A DNA stretch of 32,000 nucleotides from Mycolicibacterium smegmatis (GCF_001457595.1 NZ_LN831039.1:240001-272000), one strand, 5' to 3'. Positions 7,735 to 21,324 are shown, counted from the stretch's first letter. Notes: generated by a model from the letters alone, not told the origin. Translations and numbers: made by a program.

Positions 7735-8151
7735 ATGCGACGCAGATGGTGGACGCGCCAGGCGCCGGCAAAGGTGCTGGCGCTGGTGCTCGCGTCGGTG
7801 TTTCTGGTGGCTTGCACATCGACCGGAACGCAGGCACCTCCGAGCGAGGCGGGCGACGGCACATGCAGCCTCGCTGGCCTGCCGCCCGAGGTGGCCGACA
7901 CCGTCGACCTCATCGAGTCCGGCGGCCCGTTCCCGTATCCGCGCAACGACGGCGTCGTGTTCGGCAACTTCGAGGGACTGCTGCCCGAACACGAGCGCGG
8001 GTACTACCGCGAGTACACGGTCCCCACCCCGGGGCTCAAGCACCGCGGCGCCCGCCGGATCGTCACAGGCGGCATCCCGCTCGACGACCCACCCGAGATG
8101 TACTACACCGACGACCACTACGAGTCGTTCTGTCTGATCGGAGGAACGTGA
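7735..8151 (+). CDS. Guanyl-specific ribonuclease of the RNase Sa / N1-T1 microbial RNase family, predicted lipoprotein
   Basis: ATG is at 7735. MRRRWWTRQAPAKVLALVLASVFLVAC carries a lipobox (LVAC). CSLAGLPPEVADTVDLIESGGPFPYPRNDGVVFGNFEGLLPEHERGYYREYTVPTPGLKHRGARRIVTGG...YYTDDHYESFCLI closely matches my remembered RNase Sa sequence (CLSALPPEATDTLNLIASDGPFPYSQDGVVFQNRESVLP...YYHEYTV...RGTRRII...YYTGDHYATFSLI). Confidence 0.85.
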   Translation: MRRRWWTRQAPAKVLALVLASVFLVACTSTGTQAPPSEAGDGTCSLAGLPPEVADTVDLIESGGPFPYPRNDGVVFGNFEGLLPEHERGYYREYTVPTPGLKHRGARRIVTGGIPLDDPPEMYYTDDHYESFCLIGGT

Positions 8152-8426
8152 AGACGTATGAGATCGACGGATCCGCGGTGGCGTCGAAGGCCGACTTCTT
8201 CACCGAGATCGGCCGCGCGGTCAACGGCGAGGGTGGTTACTTCGGTTCGAACCTCGACGCGCTCGCGGACTGCCTGCGCGGCGGGTTCGGCACACCCGAC
8301 GACGGCAAGTTCCGGTTCGTCATCACGTCGTACAAACACGTGAAAGACGCGGTCGGGGAGGATGTCTGGAGTGCGCTGCTGACGATCTTCACCACCGAGG
8401 GCGTCGACCTGTGGCTGCGGTCCTGA
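8148..8426 (+). CDS. Barstar-family ribonuclease inhibitor
   Basis: GTG at 8148 overlaps the RNase stop codon (GTGA). YFGSNLDALADCLRGG matches the barstar core YYGENLDALWDCLTGW. The product is 92 aa and acidic. Confidence 0.8.
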   Translation: MKTYEIDGSAVASKADFFTEIGRAVNGEGGYFGSNLDALADCLRGGFGTPDDGKFRFVITSYKHVKDAVGEDVWSALLTIFTTEGVDLWLRS

Positions 8427-9524
8427 TCAGTTGAACGCCAGCCAGCTCGGCAGCGCGCGTTCGCGTGAATCGCACAGCACCTGACGCGTATCACAATTGC
8501 CGCGCGGTGACCCTGCGCCGCTCCACATCCCGCCGGTGTCGCGGCGCAGCACGATCGCCGACGAACCGCCGCCGTCGAGCAGCACGGCGTTGTCGGCCCC
8601 GAGTCCGCGGAACAGGTCCTGCATGTTGTCGGGGGTGTAGCTGCCGCCCTGGAAGACGTAGAGCTGATCGGCCGCACGGTTGTAGCCCAGCGCGGTGCGC
8701 GCCGCGCTGGGCCCGCCGTCGTTGAGCTGACCGGTATCGCCCGGTGCGAGCAGACCGATGCCTGCCACCGCGACGAACCGCGTCCCGCTGTCCACGAGCC
8801 GCTGGATCTCCGGGGACGCCGCGTCATAGTCGTTGGGGCCCTTGGGCATGATGATGTACGGGGCGCCGCCGACCGGCAGGATCATCGTGGCCAGTGCCGA
8901 CCAGTGCTCGTTGCCGCCGGACAGGCCCTGCTTGCCCGCGTAGGCGAGCGTGCCGGTGACCGCCTTATTGGTACGGCCCTGGCCGCGCGTGTTGTCGACG
9001 TAGGCGCCCAGCGGTGAACTGCATTTGGTGTCGCGCCACGAACCGCCCTTCTGCGGCCTGACATCGAAGAAGTTGGCGTTGACCGCGATGGTCGGCTGGC
9101 CCAGCACGTGCCAGGCGTTCAGCGGTGCATAGGTTTCCGACGCCTGCCACAGACCTTCGCTGGTACGGGCGCCCGGGGTTCGCTCACACCGCGACTGATA
9201 ACCCTGGTGCGTGTCGACGAGCAGACGCGGATTCAGACGGGTCGACGCGTTCTTGATGGTCATCAGGTGGCCACCGTTGTTGAGCGTGTAGGCCCGGCCG
9301 TCCGCGGTGAGGAACGGTGCGGCGAACTGCCCGCCGAAGTTGTACACCAGGTACGAACCCTTGGTGTTGGCGATGGCGCCCAGCAGCAGTGTCCTGGGGT
9401 CCTCGGCCCTGGTGGGCGGGGCGCCGCCCGTACCCAGCACAGCGCACAACGCGAACGTTGCGGCGCCCGCCGTCACGCGTCGGAAAAGTTTTGCCAGCCC
9501 AGGCACGAAATACACAGTAGCCAC
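8427..9524 (-). CDS. Secreted phosphodiester glycosidase family protein (NAGPA / DUF2233-like)
   Basis: N-terminal hydrophobic signal (AGAATFALCAVLGTGGAPPTRA|ED). It has AVNANFFD and the C-terminal LLDGGGSS motif typical of this family. The start is uncertain: GTG 9524 is the longest, and GTG 9506 fits a leaderless model. The stop abuts the barstar stop codon with zero spacing. Confidence 0.7.
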   Translation of the reverse strand: MATVYFVPGLAKLFRRVTAGAATFALCAVLGTGGAPPTRAEDPRTLLLGAIANTKGSYLVYNFGGQFAAPFLTADGRAYTLNNGGHLMTIKNASTRLNPRLLVDTHQGYQSRCERTPGARTSEGLWQASETYAPLNAWHVLGQPTIAVNANFFDVRPQKGGSWRDTKCSSPLGAYVDNTRGQGRTNKAVTGTLAYAGKQGLSGGNEHWSALATMILPVGGAPYIIMPKGPNDYDAASPEIQRLVDSGTRFVAVAGIGLLAPGDTGQLNDGGPSAARTALGYNRAADQLYVFQGGSYTPDNMQDLFRGLGADNAVLLDGGGSSAIVLRRDTGGMWSGAGSPRGNCDTRQVLCDSRERALPSWLAFN

Positions 9525-9541
9525 ATAGATAACTCTGTCAA
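9514..9541 (-). promoter_or_regulatory. Candidate SigA-type promoter TTGACA-N16-TACTGT that would give a leaderless GTG start at 9506
   Basis: On the minus strand, TTGACA (9541-9536) is followed by a 16-nt spacer and then TACTGT (9519-9514). After 7 nt comes GTG at 9506, in frame with the glycosidase ORF. Confidence 0.3.
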
Positions 9542-9609
9542 CATACGTAACGGGCTGGTCACGGGCTGATACCGGAGGTGTTCCGGAACCGTCAACAAAC
9601 GAAAAACAG

Positions 9610-11972
<2,363 letters not shown>

Positions 11973-11973
<1 letters not shown>

Positions 11974-12392
11974 CAGAGTGCGCGCTCCTGGATACGGATC
12001 ATGGTGCCCGCGGGATCGCGCACCGCGCAGTCGCGGACACCATAGGGCTGGTCGGTCGGTTCCTGCACGATCTCGGCCGTGGTGGCCTGCAGTCGCTCGA
12101 AGGTGGCGTCGACGTCGGCGGTGGCGAGGACGATGCTCGCAAACGTGCCCTTGGCCATCATCTCGCGGATCACCTTCCCCTCCTCCTCGGTGATCGCCGG
12201 ATCGGCGGTCAGCGGGTACAGGACGATCGAGGTGCCCGGCTGGTTCGGCGGGCCGACCGTGATCCACCGCATGGTGCCGTGGCCGACGTCGAGGCGGACC
12301 TCGAACCCGAGGGCGTCGCGGTAGAACGCGAGCGACTCTTCGGGATCCTCGTGCGGCACGAACGTGTTGTGGATGGTGAGGTCGTTGCTCAT
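11973..12392 (-). CDS. VOC-family (glyoxalase / bleomycin-resistance fold) protein
   Basis: 139 aa. LAFYRDALGFEVRLDVGHGTMRWITVGPP ... QPYGVRDCAVRDPAGTMIRI is the typical VOC beta-alpha-beta-beta-beta pattern. Confidence 0.85.
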
Positions 12393-12396
12393 GGGC

Positions 12397-12837
12397 TCAC
12401 GCTAGGTGCAGGCGCACGGCGGGCGCTTCTCGATTCCTGACCGGTCTGGTGACGTACTTCTCCAGGCACGACGGCAAGCCCTCCTGTGTGGCGGCCGCGC
12501 GATCCCGATAGGTGCTGGGCGGCAGGCCCACCAACTCGGTGAACCGCGTGCTGAACGTGCCCAGCGACGAACACCCGACGGCGAAGCACACCTCGGTGAC
12601 CGACAGGTCACCACGGCGCAGGAGCGCCATCGCGCGTTCGATCCGACGAGTCATCAGATACGAGTACGGCGATTCGCCGAAGGCGGCTTTGAATTGGCGC
12701 GACAGATGTCCTGCCGACATGTTCACCCCGCGTGCCAGCGCTTCCACGTTGAGCGGCTGCGCGTACTCGCGGTCGATACGGTCGCGCACCCGGCGCAACA
12801 GCTTGAGGTCGCGCAGTCGTTGCTCCTCCCCAGGCAT
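12397..12837 (-). CDS. Small AraC/XylS-family (MarA/SoxS-sized) transcriptional regulator
   Basis: ATG at 12837 (MPGEEQRLRDLKLLRRVRDRIDREY...). It has double HTH motifs (LARGVNMSAGHLSRQFKAAFGESPYSYLMTRRIERAMALL ... VTEVCFAVGCSSLGTFSTRFTELVG). Its stop is 4 nt before the VOC start codon. Confidence 0.85.
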   Translation of the reverse strand: MPGEEQRLRDLKLLRRVRDRIDREYAQPLNVEALARGVNMSAGHLSRQFKAAFGESPYSYLMTRRIERAMALLRRGDLSVTEVCFAVGCSSLGTFSTRFTELVGLPPSTYRDRAAATQEGLPSCLEKYVTRPVRNREAPAVRLHLA

Positions 12838-12853
12838 GGCCACGCAGCCGATG

Positions 12854-14137
12854 TTACGGCGGCGGAGCCAGCCGGTACACCGCCCCGGCAAAGTCGTCGG
12901 TGATGTACACCGCGCCGTCGGGGCCGGTCACCGCGGCCACCGGCCGGCCCCAGCGCTGCCCGTCGTCGTCCTGAAAGCCGCCGACCAGTGTCTGTTGCGG
13001 CCCCAAAGTGCCGTCGCGCCAAGCGAAGAACGACACCTCGGGAGCGCGCGGCGCGTCCCGGTTCCACGACCCGTGCACACCCACCAGCGCACCCTGCCCG
13101 AACGGCTGCGGAAGCTCGGCGAAGCTCATCCCCAGCGGGGCCGAGTGCGCGCCTAGGGTCTGCTCGATGGGATGCAGTGCGGCGCAGTCCATCTCGGCGC
13201 CATCGGGATTGGTCTGCAGGTCGCGGATCAGCTTCGCCGGTGGCGGGCCGTCGGGATTGCAGTACGGCCAACCCAGTTCACGCCCTGGCGTCAGGCGTGC
13301 GACCGACTCGGGCGGATGGTCGTCGACGTAGGACTGCACGACGCGGCCGTCGGGGTCGGCGACGTTGTCGCGGTTGTTGACCGCGGTCCACAACGACCCG
13401 TCCGGGGCGAACGCAAGCCCCGTTCCGTTGCGCACGCCGGTCGCGAACGGTTCGGCCGGACCACCGCCGGGCGGCACCCGCATGATGGTGGCCCGCGGCG
13501 GGTCGGCCGTGCGGTCCTCGGCCAAGATGTTGCCCGTGGACCCGATCGAGAAGTACACCGCGCCGTCGTCGCCGACGACGACGCTCTTGAGTGCGTGGGC
13601 GTAGGCGCCGCGCAGGTCGGGGCTCTTGGCGTCGGGAAGACCGTCGATAACGGTGCGGCGGTTCACCGCGGCGCCGTCGGCATAGTCGTAGGCGTCGATC
13701 TGATCGCTCTCGGCCACGTACAGCGTCGGCCCCGCGAAGAACAGTCCGTGCGGTTGGTCCAGCCCGTCGAGCAGGGTGCTCTGTGTGGGAAGCACTTTCA
13801 GCACCTCGCCGGTGCTGGGGACCGAGACGAGCAGGGCTCCGTCGGGTGCCCACGCGGCCATGCGGGCCTTGGGCACCCGCGCGACGACCTCAAGGGTCCA
13901 CCCGTCCGGGACGAGAGCCTGACGCGGCTGGTCGAGCGGTGCGTCGTCGAGACCTTCAGGCACCTCGACCGTCACGGGTGTCAGCTCAGCCGCACCGGCG
14001 GGGTGTTCGGCGGTGGTCTGCGAAGACGATCGAGACGGTTGCGCTGTGGGCTCCGTAGTCTGCGGTTCGGTGCCGCATCCGGCGAGCACAACGGACGCGG
14101 TGACGACGACAGCGCTAATCCCCGGCCAGGCTCGCAT
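12854..14137 (-). CDS. Lipoprotein, PQQ-dependent sugar / sorbosone dehydrogenase-like beta-propeller
   Basis: MRAWPGISAVVVTASVVLAGCG carries a lipobox (LAGC). The repeated-blade character (LDQPHGLFFAGPTLYVAE, GDDGAVYFSIGS, GTGLAFAPDGSLWTAVN, GPDGAVYITDD) is typical of soluble glucose/sorbosone dehydrogenase-type proteins. Confidence 0.7.
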   Translation of the reverse strand: MRAWPGISAVVVTASVVLAGCGTEPQTTEPTAQPSRSSSQTTAEHPAGAAELTPVTVEVPEGLDDAPLDQPRQALVPDGWTLEVVARVPKARMAAWAPDGALLVSVPSTGEVLKVLPTQSTLLDGLDQPHGLFFAGPTLYVAESDQIDAYDYADGAAVNRRTVIDGLPDAKSPDLRGAYAHALKSVVVGDDGAVYFSIGSTGNILAEDRTADPPRATIMRVPPGGGPAEPFATGVRNGTGLAFAPDGSLWTAVNNRDNVADPDGRVVQSYVDDHPPESVARLTPGRELGWPYCNPDGPPPAKLIRDLQTNPDGAEMDCAALHPIEQTLGAHSAPLGMSFAELPQPFGQGALVGVHGSWNRDAPRAPEVSFFAWRDGTLGPQQTLVGGFQDDDGQRWGRPVAAVTGPDGAVYITDDFAGAVYRLAPPP

Positions 14138-14831
14138 GCATCTCCCAAACCAGGATCTCGGCCGGCTCGTCGGTGGCCGTCACGCGTTGTCCGCCGGAGC
14201 CGGTCAGGCGCGCGGCGTCACCTTCGGCCAGGTCACCGGCATCCTCCAGCGTGACGCGGCCCCGCGCGACGAACAGGTGCACGTAGCGGGCCTCGGGTAA
14301 TCCGACGGCATCACCGGGCCGCAGCCGCGCCCCGTAGAGCGTGGCGTTGCGGTTGTGCAGCGTCACGGCGGCGTCACCGGCCCCCGAGGCGATCGGCGTC
14401 AGGTTTTCGGCGAGCGTGATCTCGCGCTGCTCGTAGCCCGGCGTAAGGCCGGCACGGTCCGGGATGACCCACATCTGCACGAAGTGCACCGGTTTGTCCG
14501 ACGACGCGTTCTTCTCCGAGTGCTGCACACCCGTCCCCGCCGACATGCGCTGCGCCAGGCCCGGGTAGATGACCCCGGAGTTGCCCATCGAGTCCGCATG
14601 CGCGAGCTCGCCGTCGAGCACCCACGTGACGATCTCCATGTCGCGGTGCGGGTGGGTGTCGAATCCGCCACCTGCGGCGACGATGTCGTCGTTGTTCACC
14701 AGCAGCAGCCCGTGGTGGGTGTTCGCCGGGTCGTAGTAGTCGCCGAAGGAGAAGGAATGCCGTGACTGCAGCCAGTCGGTGACAGAGACGCCGCGTTGGT
14801 CGGCGCGCCGGATGTCGACGGTCGGGGGCAT
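14115..14831 (-). CDS. Pirin-family bicupin protein
   Basis: HSFSFGDYYDPANTHHGLLLVNNDDIVAAGGGFDTHPHRDMEIVTWVLDGELAHADSMGN...GVQHSEKN is the classic pirin metal-site pattern (HPHR...H...E). Its 3' end overlaps the next gene's start by 23 nt. Confidence 0.9.
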   Translation of the reverse strand: MPPTVDIRRADQRGVSVTDWLQSRHSFSFGDYYDPANTHHGLLLVNNDDIVAAGGGFDTHPHRDMEIVTWVLDGELAHADSMGNSGVIYPGLAQRMSAGTGVQHSEKNASSDKPVHFVQMWVIPDRAGLTPGYEQREITLAENLTPIASGAGDAAVTLHNRNATLYGARLRPGDAVGLPEARYVHLFVARGRVTLEDAGDLAEGDAARLTGSGGQRVTATDEPAEILVWEMHASLAGD

Positions 14832-14874
14832 GGCTCCAGCCTAGAGACAGGACGAGCCGATCCTCGGTCCGAGC

Positions 14875-14920
14875 GTGCGTCCGTGGCGGGATTCGGGCCG
14901 ATTTCCCGCCCTGCACGCAC
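14875..14920. promoter_or_regulatory. 46-bp composite inverted repeat in the pirin/SDR divergent intergenic region
   Basis: GTGCGTccgtGGCGGGA (14875-14891) faces TCCCGCCctgcACGCAC (14904-14920). Two perfectly complementary blocks (6 and 7 bp) flank a 4-nt mismatch. Confidence 0.3.
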
Positions 14921-14968
14921 AGCCGATCACCGCCAGATGAGCTCCCAACCGACCGGTGGATCGGGCGG

Positions 14969-15763
14969 GTGTCCTACGCTGTGGGCGTGGATATCAACGG
15001 AGCTAGCGCAATCGTCACCGGTGGCGCATCAGGTATCGGCGCGGCATCTGCCCGCCTGTTGGCAGCCAAGGGAGCCAAGGTCGTCATCGCCGACCTCCAG
15101 GCAGACAAGGGCGAGGCACTCGCCAAGGAACTCGGCGGCGCGTTCGTCAGCGTCGACGTCACCGAGACCGACCAGATCATCGCCGCGGTCGACAAGGCCG
15201 CCGAACTCGGTCCGCTGCGTGCCCTGGTGAACTCGGCCGGTATCGGCTGGGCCCAGCGCACCATCGGCAAGGACGGTGAGTACGCGTCGGCGCACAACCT
15301 CGACGTGTACAAGAAGGTGCTCGCGATCAACCTGGTCGGCACCTTCGACTGCATCCGCATCGCCGCGACCGCGATGAGCCGCAACGAGCCCACCGAGACC
15401 GGCGAGCGTGGCGCGATCGTCAACATGACCAGTGTCGCGGCGTTCGACGGGCAGATCGGCCAGGCCGCCTATTCGTCGTCCAAGGGCGGCGTGGTGGGCC
15501 TGACCCTGCCGGTGGCGCGTGACCTGTCCGCGGTGGGCATCCGCGTCAACACCGTGGCGCCGGGCCTCATCGACACCCCGATCTACGGCGAGGGTGAGGG
15601 CTCCGAGGCGTTCAAGGCCAAGCTCGGCGAGTCCGTGCTGTTCCCGCACCGCCTGGGCAAGCCCGAGGAACTGGCCTCGATGGTCATCGAGCTCATCACC
15701 AACTCCTACATGAACGCCGAGGTCGTCCGCGTCGACGGCGGTATTCGGATGCCTCCGAAGTAA
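14969..15763 (+). CDS. Short-chain dehydrogenase/reductase, type II 3-hydroxyacyl-CoA dehydrogenase-like
   Basis: TGGASGIG cofactor motif, NSAG, and the catalytic S...YSSSK pattern (AAYSSSKGGVVGL). The start is ambiguous between in-frame GTGs at 14969, 14981 and 14987. Confidence 0.9.
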   Translation: MSYAVGVDINGASAIVTGGASGIGAASARLLAAKGAKVVIADLQADKGEALAKELGGAFVSVDVTETDQIIAAVDKAAELGPLRALVNSAGIGWAQRTIGKDGEYASAHNLDVYKKVLAINLVGTFDCIRIAATAMSRNEPTETGERGAIVNMTSVAAFDGQIGQAAYSSSKGGVVGLTLPVARDLSAVGIRVNTVAPGLIDTPIYGEGEGSEAFKAKLGESVLFPHRLGKPEELASMVIELITNSYMNAEVVRVDGGIRMPPK

Positions 15764-15779
15764 TCTCCGCGAGCAGACT

Positions 15780-15819
15780 GCAGAACTGCCCCTTTCCACG
15801 CGGAAAGGGGCAGTTCTGC
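15780..15819. terminator. Bidirectional terminator hairpin with a perfect 18-bp stem
   Basis: GCAGAACTGCCCCTTTCC (15780-15797), loop ACGC, GGAAAGGGGCAGTTCTGC (15802-15819). It lies between the convergent SDR and ADH stop codons. Confidence 0.7.
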
Positions 15820-15843
15820 TTCGTGGTCTGCTTTGTAAGAGGC

Positions 15844-16968
15844 CTACCAGTCCGACTCGTCGTACTTGATGACGCCACGGATGTTCTTGCCGTCCAACAT
15901 GTCCTGGTATCCGGAGTTGATGTCTTCGAGCTTGTAGGTCCGGGTGACCATGTCGTCGATGTTGAGCAGGCCGGACTTGTAGAGCGCTGCCAGCCGCGGG
16001 GTCTCGATGTGGCTGCTGCCGCCTCCGAAGATGTTGCCCTTCAAGGTCTTCTGCAACATCGTGAACAGGAACAGGTTGAGCTTGACGTCGACGTCGGTCA
16101 TCGCACCCATGCCGGTCACGACACACGTGCCGGTCTTGGCGGTCAGGATCAACGCCTCTTCGATGTACTCGCCCTTCATCTCGCCGACGGCGATGATGAC
16201 CTTGTCGGCCATCAGACCGTGGGTGACGTCGATGACGGGGGCGATGGCCTCTGCCATGGTGGGGTAGACGTGCGTGGCGCCGAACTTGACGGCCTGCTCG
16301 CGCTTCCACTCGTTCGGATCGATCGCGATGACCTGCTTGGCGCCCGAGATCACCGCACCCTGCAATGCGCTCATGCCGATGCCGCCGACGCCGACGATGA
16401 TCACGGTCTCGCCGGCCTGCACCTGCGCGACGTTGGTGGCCGAACCGAAGCCGGTGGGCACCGCGCAGCCCATGATGGCCGCGGTCTCGAACGGGATGTC
16501 CTTGTCGATCTTGACGACCGAGTCCTTGTGCACGGTCATGTACGGCGCGAAGGTGCCGAGCAGGTTCATCGGCGACACCTCGTGGCTGCCGGCGTGGATA
16601 CGGCTGGTGCCGTCGGCGATCGCCTTGCCGCCCAGCAGAACCGCGCCGCGATCACACAGCGAGCGGAAACCCTTCAAACACGGCGGGCATTCACCGCACG
16701 CCGGGATGAACGCCAGGATGACGTGGTCACCTTCTTCGATGCCCGTGACGTTCTTGCCGACCTTGGTGACGACGCCGGCGCCCTCGTGCCCGCCGAGCGC
16801 GGGCAGTCCGATGGGCGTCGCGCCCGTGGTGATGTGGTAGTCGGAATGGCACATGCCGGCAGCGTGCAGCCGGATCTGTACCTCATCGGCGACGGGGTCG
16901 CCCAGATCGATCTCGTCGACCTTGAACGGCGAATTCAGTTCCCATAGCAGAGCGCCTTTGGTCTTCAT
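15844..16968 (-). CDS. Zinc-type alcohol dehydrogenase, NDMA-dependent ADH-like
   Basis: ATG at 16968 (MKTKGALLWELNSPFKVDEIDLGDP). It has GMCHSDYH, GHEGAGVV, the structural zinc Cys cluster CGECPPCLKGFRSLC, and a GVGGIG Rossmann motif. The product is 374 aa. Confidence 0.9.
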   Translation of the reverse strand: MKTKGALLWELNSPFKVDEIDLGDPVADEVQIRLHAAGMCHSDYHITTGATPIGLPALGGHEGAGVVTKVGKNVTGIEEGDHVILAFIPACGECPPCLKGFRSLCDRGAVLLGGKAIADGTSRIHAGSHEVSPMNLLGTFAPYMTVHKDSVVKIDKDIPFETAAIMGCAVPTGFGSATNVAQVQAGETVIIVGVGGIGMSALQGAVISGAKQVIAIDPNEWKREQAVKFGATHVYPTMAEAIAPVIDVTHGLMADKVIIAVGEMKGEYIEEALILTAKTGTCVVTGMGAMTDVDVKLNLFLFTMLQKTLKGNIFGGGSSHIETPRLAALYKSGLLNIDDMVTRTYKLEDINSGYQDMLDGKNIRGVIKYDESDW

Positions 16969-17139
16969 GAATTGCGATAATAGAACAGGTTGCAGATTAG
17001 TCCACCACCTAGTTTCTGAACTGCGGCTTTGCATGCTTGAAGACGTCGTTTTTGTGGGTCGCCGACGGTGGCTCCGATGAGTTGGACACCTGCGGCGGGT
17101 CTATCCGGGGACACCAGAAAGCCGACGAGAGGTGAACCC

Positions 17140-17634
17140 ATGCCCGTCAAGATCAACGCCAGCATCGTGCCGAACCTGTGGTTCGACCGGGAAGCCGAAG
17201 AAGCCGCCGAGCACTACATCGCGGCGTTCGGCGGCAACGGCCGCATCCTCAACAAGATCGCCGCACACCCCGACGCGCCGTCCCCTCAGGACGTGCCCGT
17301 GGTGGTCGAGTTCGAACTGGTCGGGCAGCGCTTCGTGGGCATCAACGGCGGCCCGCAGTTCACGTTCAACGAGGCCGTATCGCTCGAGGTGCGGGTCGCC
17401 GGGCAGGAGCAACTCGACCAGGTGTGGGCCGCGCTCACCGAAGGCGGCGAGGAACTGCCGTGCGGATGGCTCAAGGACAAGTACGGGCTGGCGTGGCAGG
17501 TCACGCCGAGCGAGTACTACGACATGGTCACAAAGGGTGACGAAGAGGCCAACAACCGGCTGATGACCGCGGTGCTGAGCACGCACGGCAAGTTCGACCT
17601 GGCCAAGCTGCAGGCCGCCTACGACAACGCCTGA
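17140..17634 (+). CDS. VOC-superfamily protein of the PhnB / '3-demethylubiquinone-9 3-methyltransferase domain' (PF06983-like) type
   Basis: ATG at 17140 with GAGAGG upstream. VPNLWFDREAEEAAEHY ... VEFELVGQRFVGINGGPQFTFNEAVSL ... CGWLKDKYGLAWQV matches the family hallmark (CGWLKDKFGLSWQI). Confidence 0.8.
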   Translation: MPVKINASIVPNLWFDREAEEAAEHYIAAFGGNGRILNKIAAHPDAPSPQDVPVVVEFELVGQRFVGINGGPQFTFNEAVSLEVRVAGQEQLDQVWAALTEGGEELPCGWLKDKYGLAWQVTPSEYYDMVTKGDEEANNRLMTAVLSTHGKFDLAKLQAAYDNA

Positions 17635-17637
17635 GCG

Positions 17638-20540
<2,903 letters not shown>

Positions 20541-20580
20541 AGCACAAGAAGATGTCAGACGTCGTGACTAGGTTCTGCAC

Positions 20581-21324
20581 ATGAGCGACGACAAGATGCT
20601 CGCCCGCATCGCAGCGCTGCTGCGACAGGCCGAGGGCACCGACAATCCACACGAGGCGGAGGCCTTCATGGCCGCCGCGCAGCGGCTGGCCACCGCGACG
20701 TCCATCGATCTGGCGCTGGCGCGTGCGCACTCCGACAAACGCACCAAGGCCCAGATGCCGGTGCAGCGCACCATCACCATCGGTCAGGCAGGCACCAAGG
20801 GACTGCGCACCTATGTGCAGCTGTTCGTGTTGATCGCGCAGGCCAACGACGTGAAATGCGACGTGGCGTCCAACTCGACGTTCGTCTACGCCTACGGCTT
20901 CGCCGAGGACATCGACGCCACGCATGCGCTGTACACCAGCCTCGTGATGCAGATGGTACGCGCCTCGGAGGCCTACATCGCCTCGGGTGCGCACCGGCCG
21001 ACGCCGACGATCACCGCGCGCCTGAACTTCCAGCTCGCGTTCGGCGCACGCGTCGGCCAGCGGCTGGCAGAGGCACGCGACGAGGCCAGGCAGGAGGCCG
21101 ACGCCGCCGATCAGCCGGGCACTGCGCTTGCGTTGCGCGACAAGGACATCGAGCTGAAGAGCTTCTACCGGCAGGCGTCGCAGGCGCGTGGCACGTGGCG
21201 GGCCACGAGTGCGTCCGCGGGCTACTCGTCGGCGGCGCGACGTGCCGGTGACCGCGCCGGCCGGCGTGCACGGCTGGGGCCGATGCAGGAACTGTCGGGC
21301 GCGCGTGGCGCACTGGAGAAGTGA
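20581..21324 (+). CDS. DUF2786-domain protein (Rv0184-like)
   Basis: MSDDKMLARIAALLRQAEGTDNPHEAEAFMAAAQRLATATSIDLALAR is the typical DUF2786 N-terminus. The C-terminus is Arg-rich. Confidence 0.75.
   Translation: MSDDKMLARIAALLRQAEGTDNPHEAEAFMAAAQRLATATSIDLALARAHSDKRTKAQMPVQRTITIGQAGTKGLRTYVQLFVLIAQANDVKCDVASNSTFVYAYGFAEDIDATHALYTSLVMQMVRASEAYIASGAHRPTPTITARLNFQLAFGARVGQRLAEARDEARQEADAADQPGTALALRDKDIELKSFYRQASQARGTWRATSASAGYSSAARRAGDRAGRRARLGPMQELSGARGALEK

Noticed and set aside
7672-8118. Upstream extension of the acyltransferase ORF to 8118, and the extensions of the RNase-frame ORFs back to 7192/7544/7746.
   Set aside because: These extensions overlap the well-supported RNase and barstar genes on the opposite strand or in other frames, and they encode Arg/His-rich junk. 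Family-like sequence begins only at about 7671 (acyltransferase), 7735 (RNase) and 8148 (barstar).
11974-12267. The 98-codon N-terminal extension of the UvrA-like ORF.
   Set aside because: It overlaps the VOC gene in another frame and is Arg/His/Gly-rich. UvrA homology starts at MHPADSHDRIRV, with the ATG at 11973 coupled to the VOC stop codon.
15029-16947. ORFs 15029-16309 (-) of 426 aa and 15823-16947 (+) of 374 aa.
   Set aside because: They are antisense to the SDR and ADH genes respectively. They show low-complexity Arg/Asp/His/Gly composition and no start-site signals.
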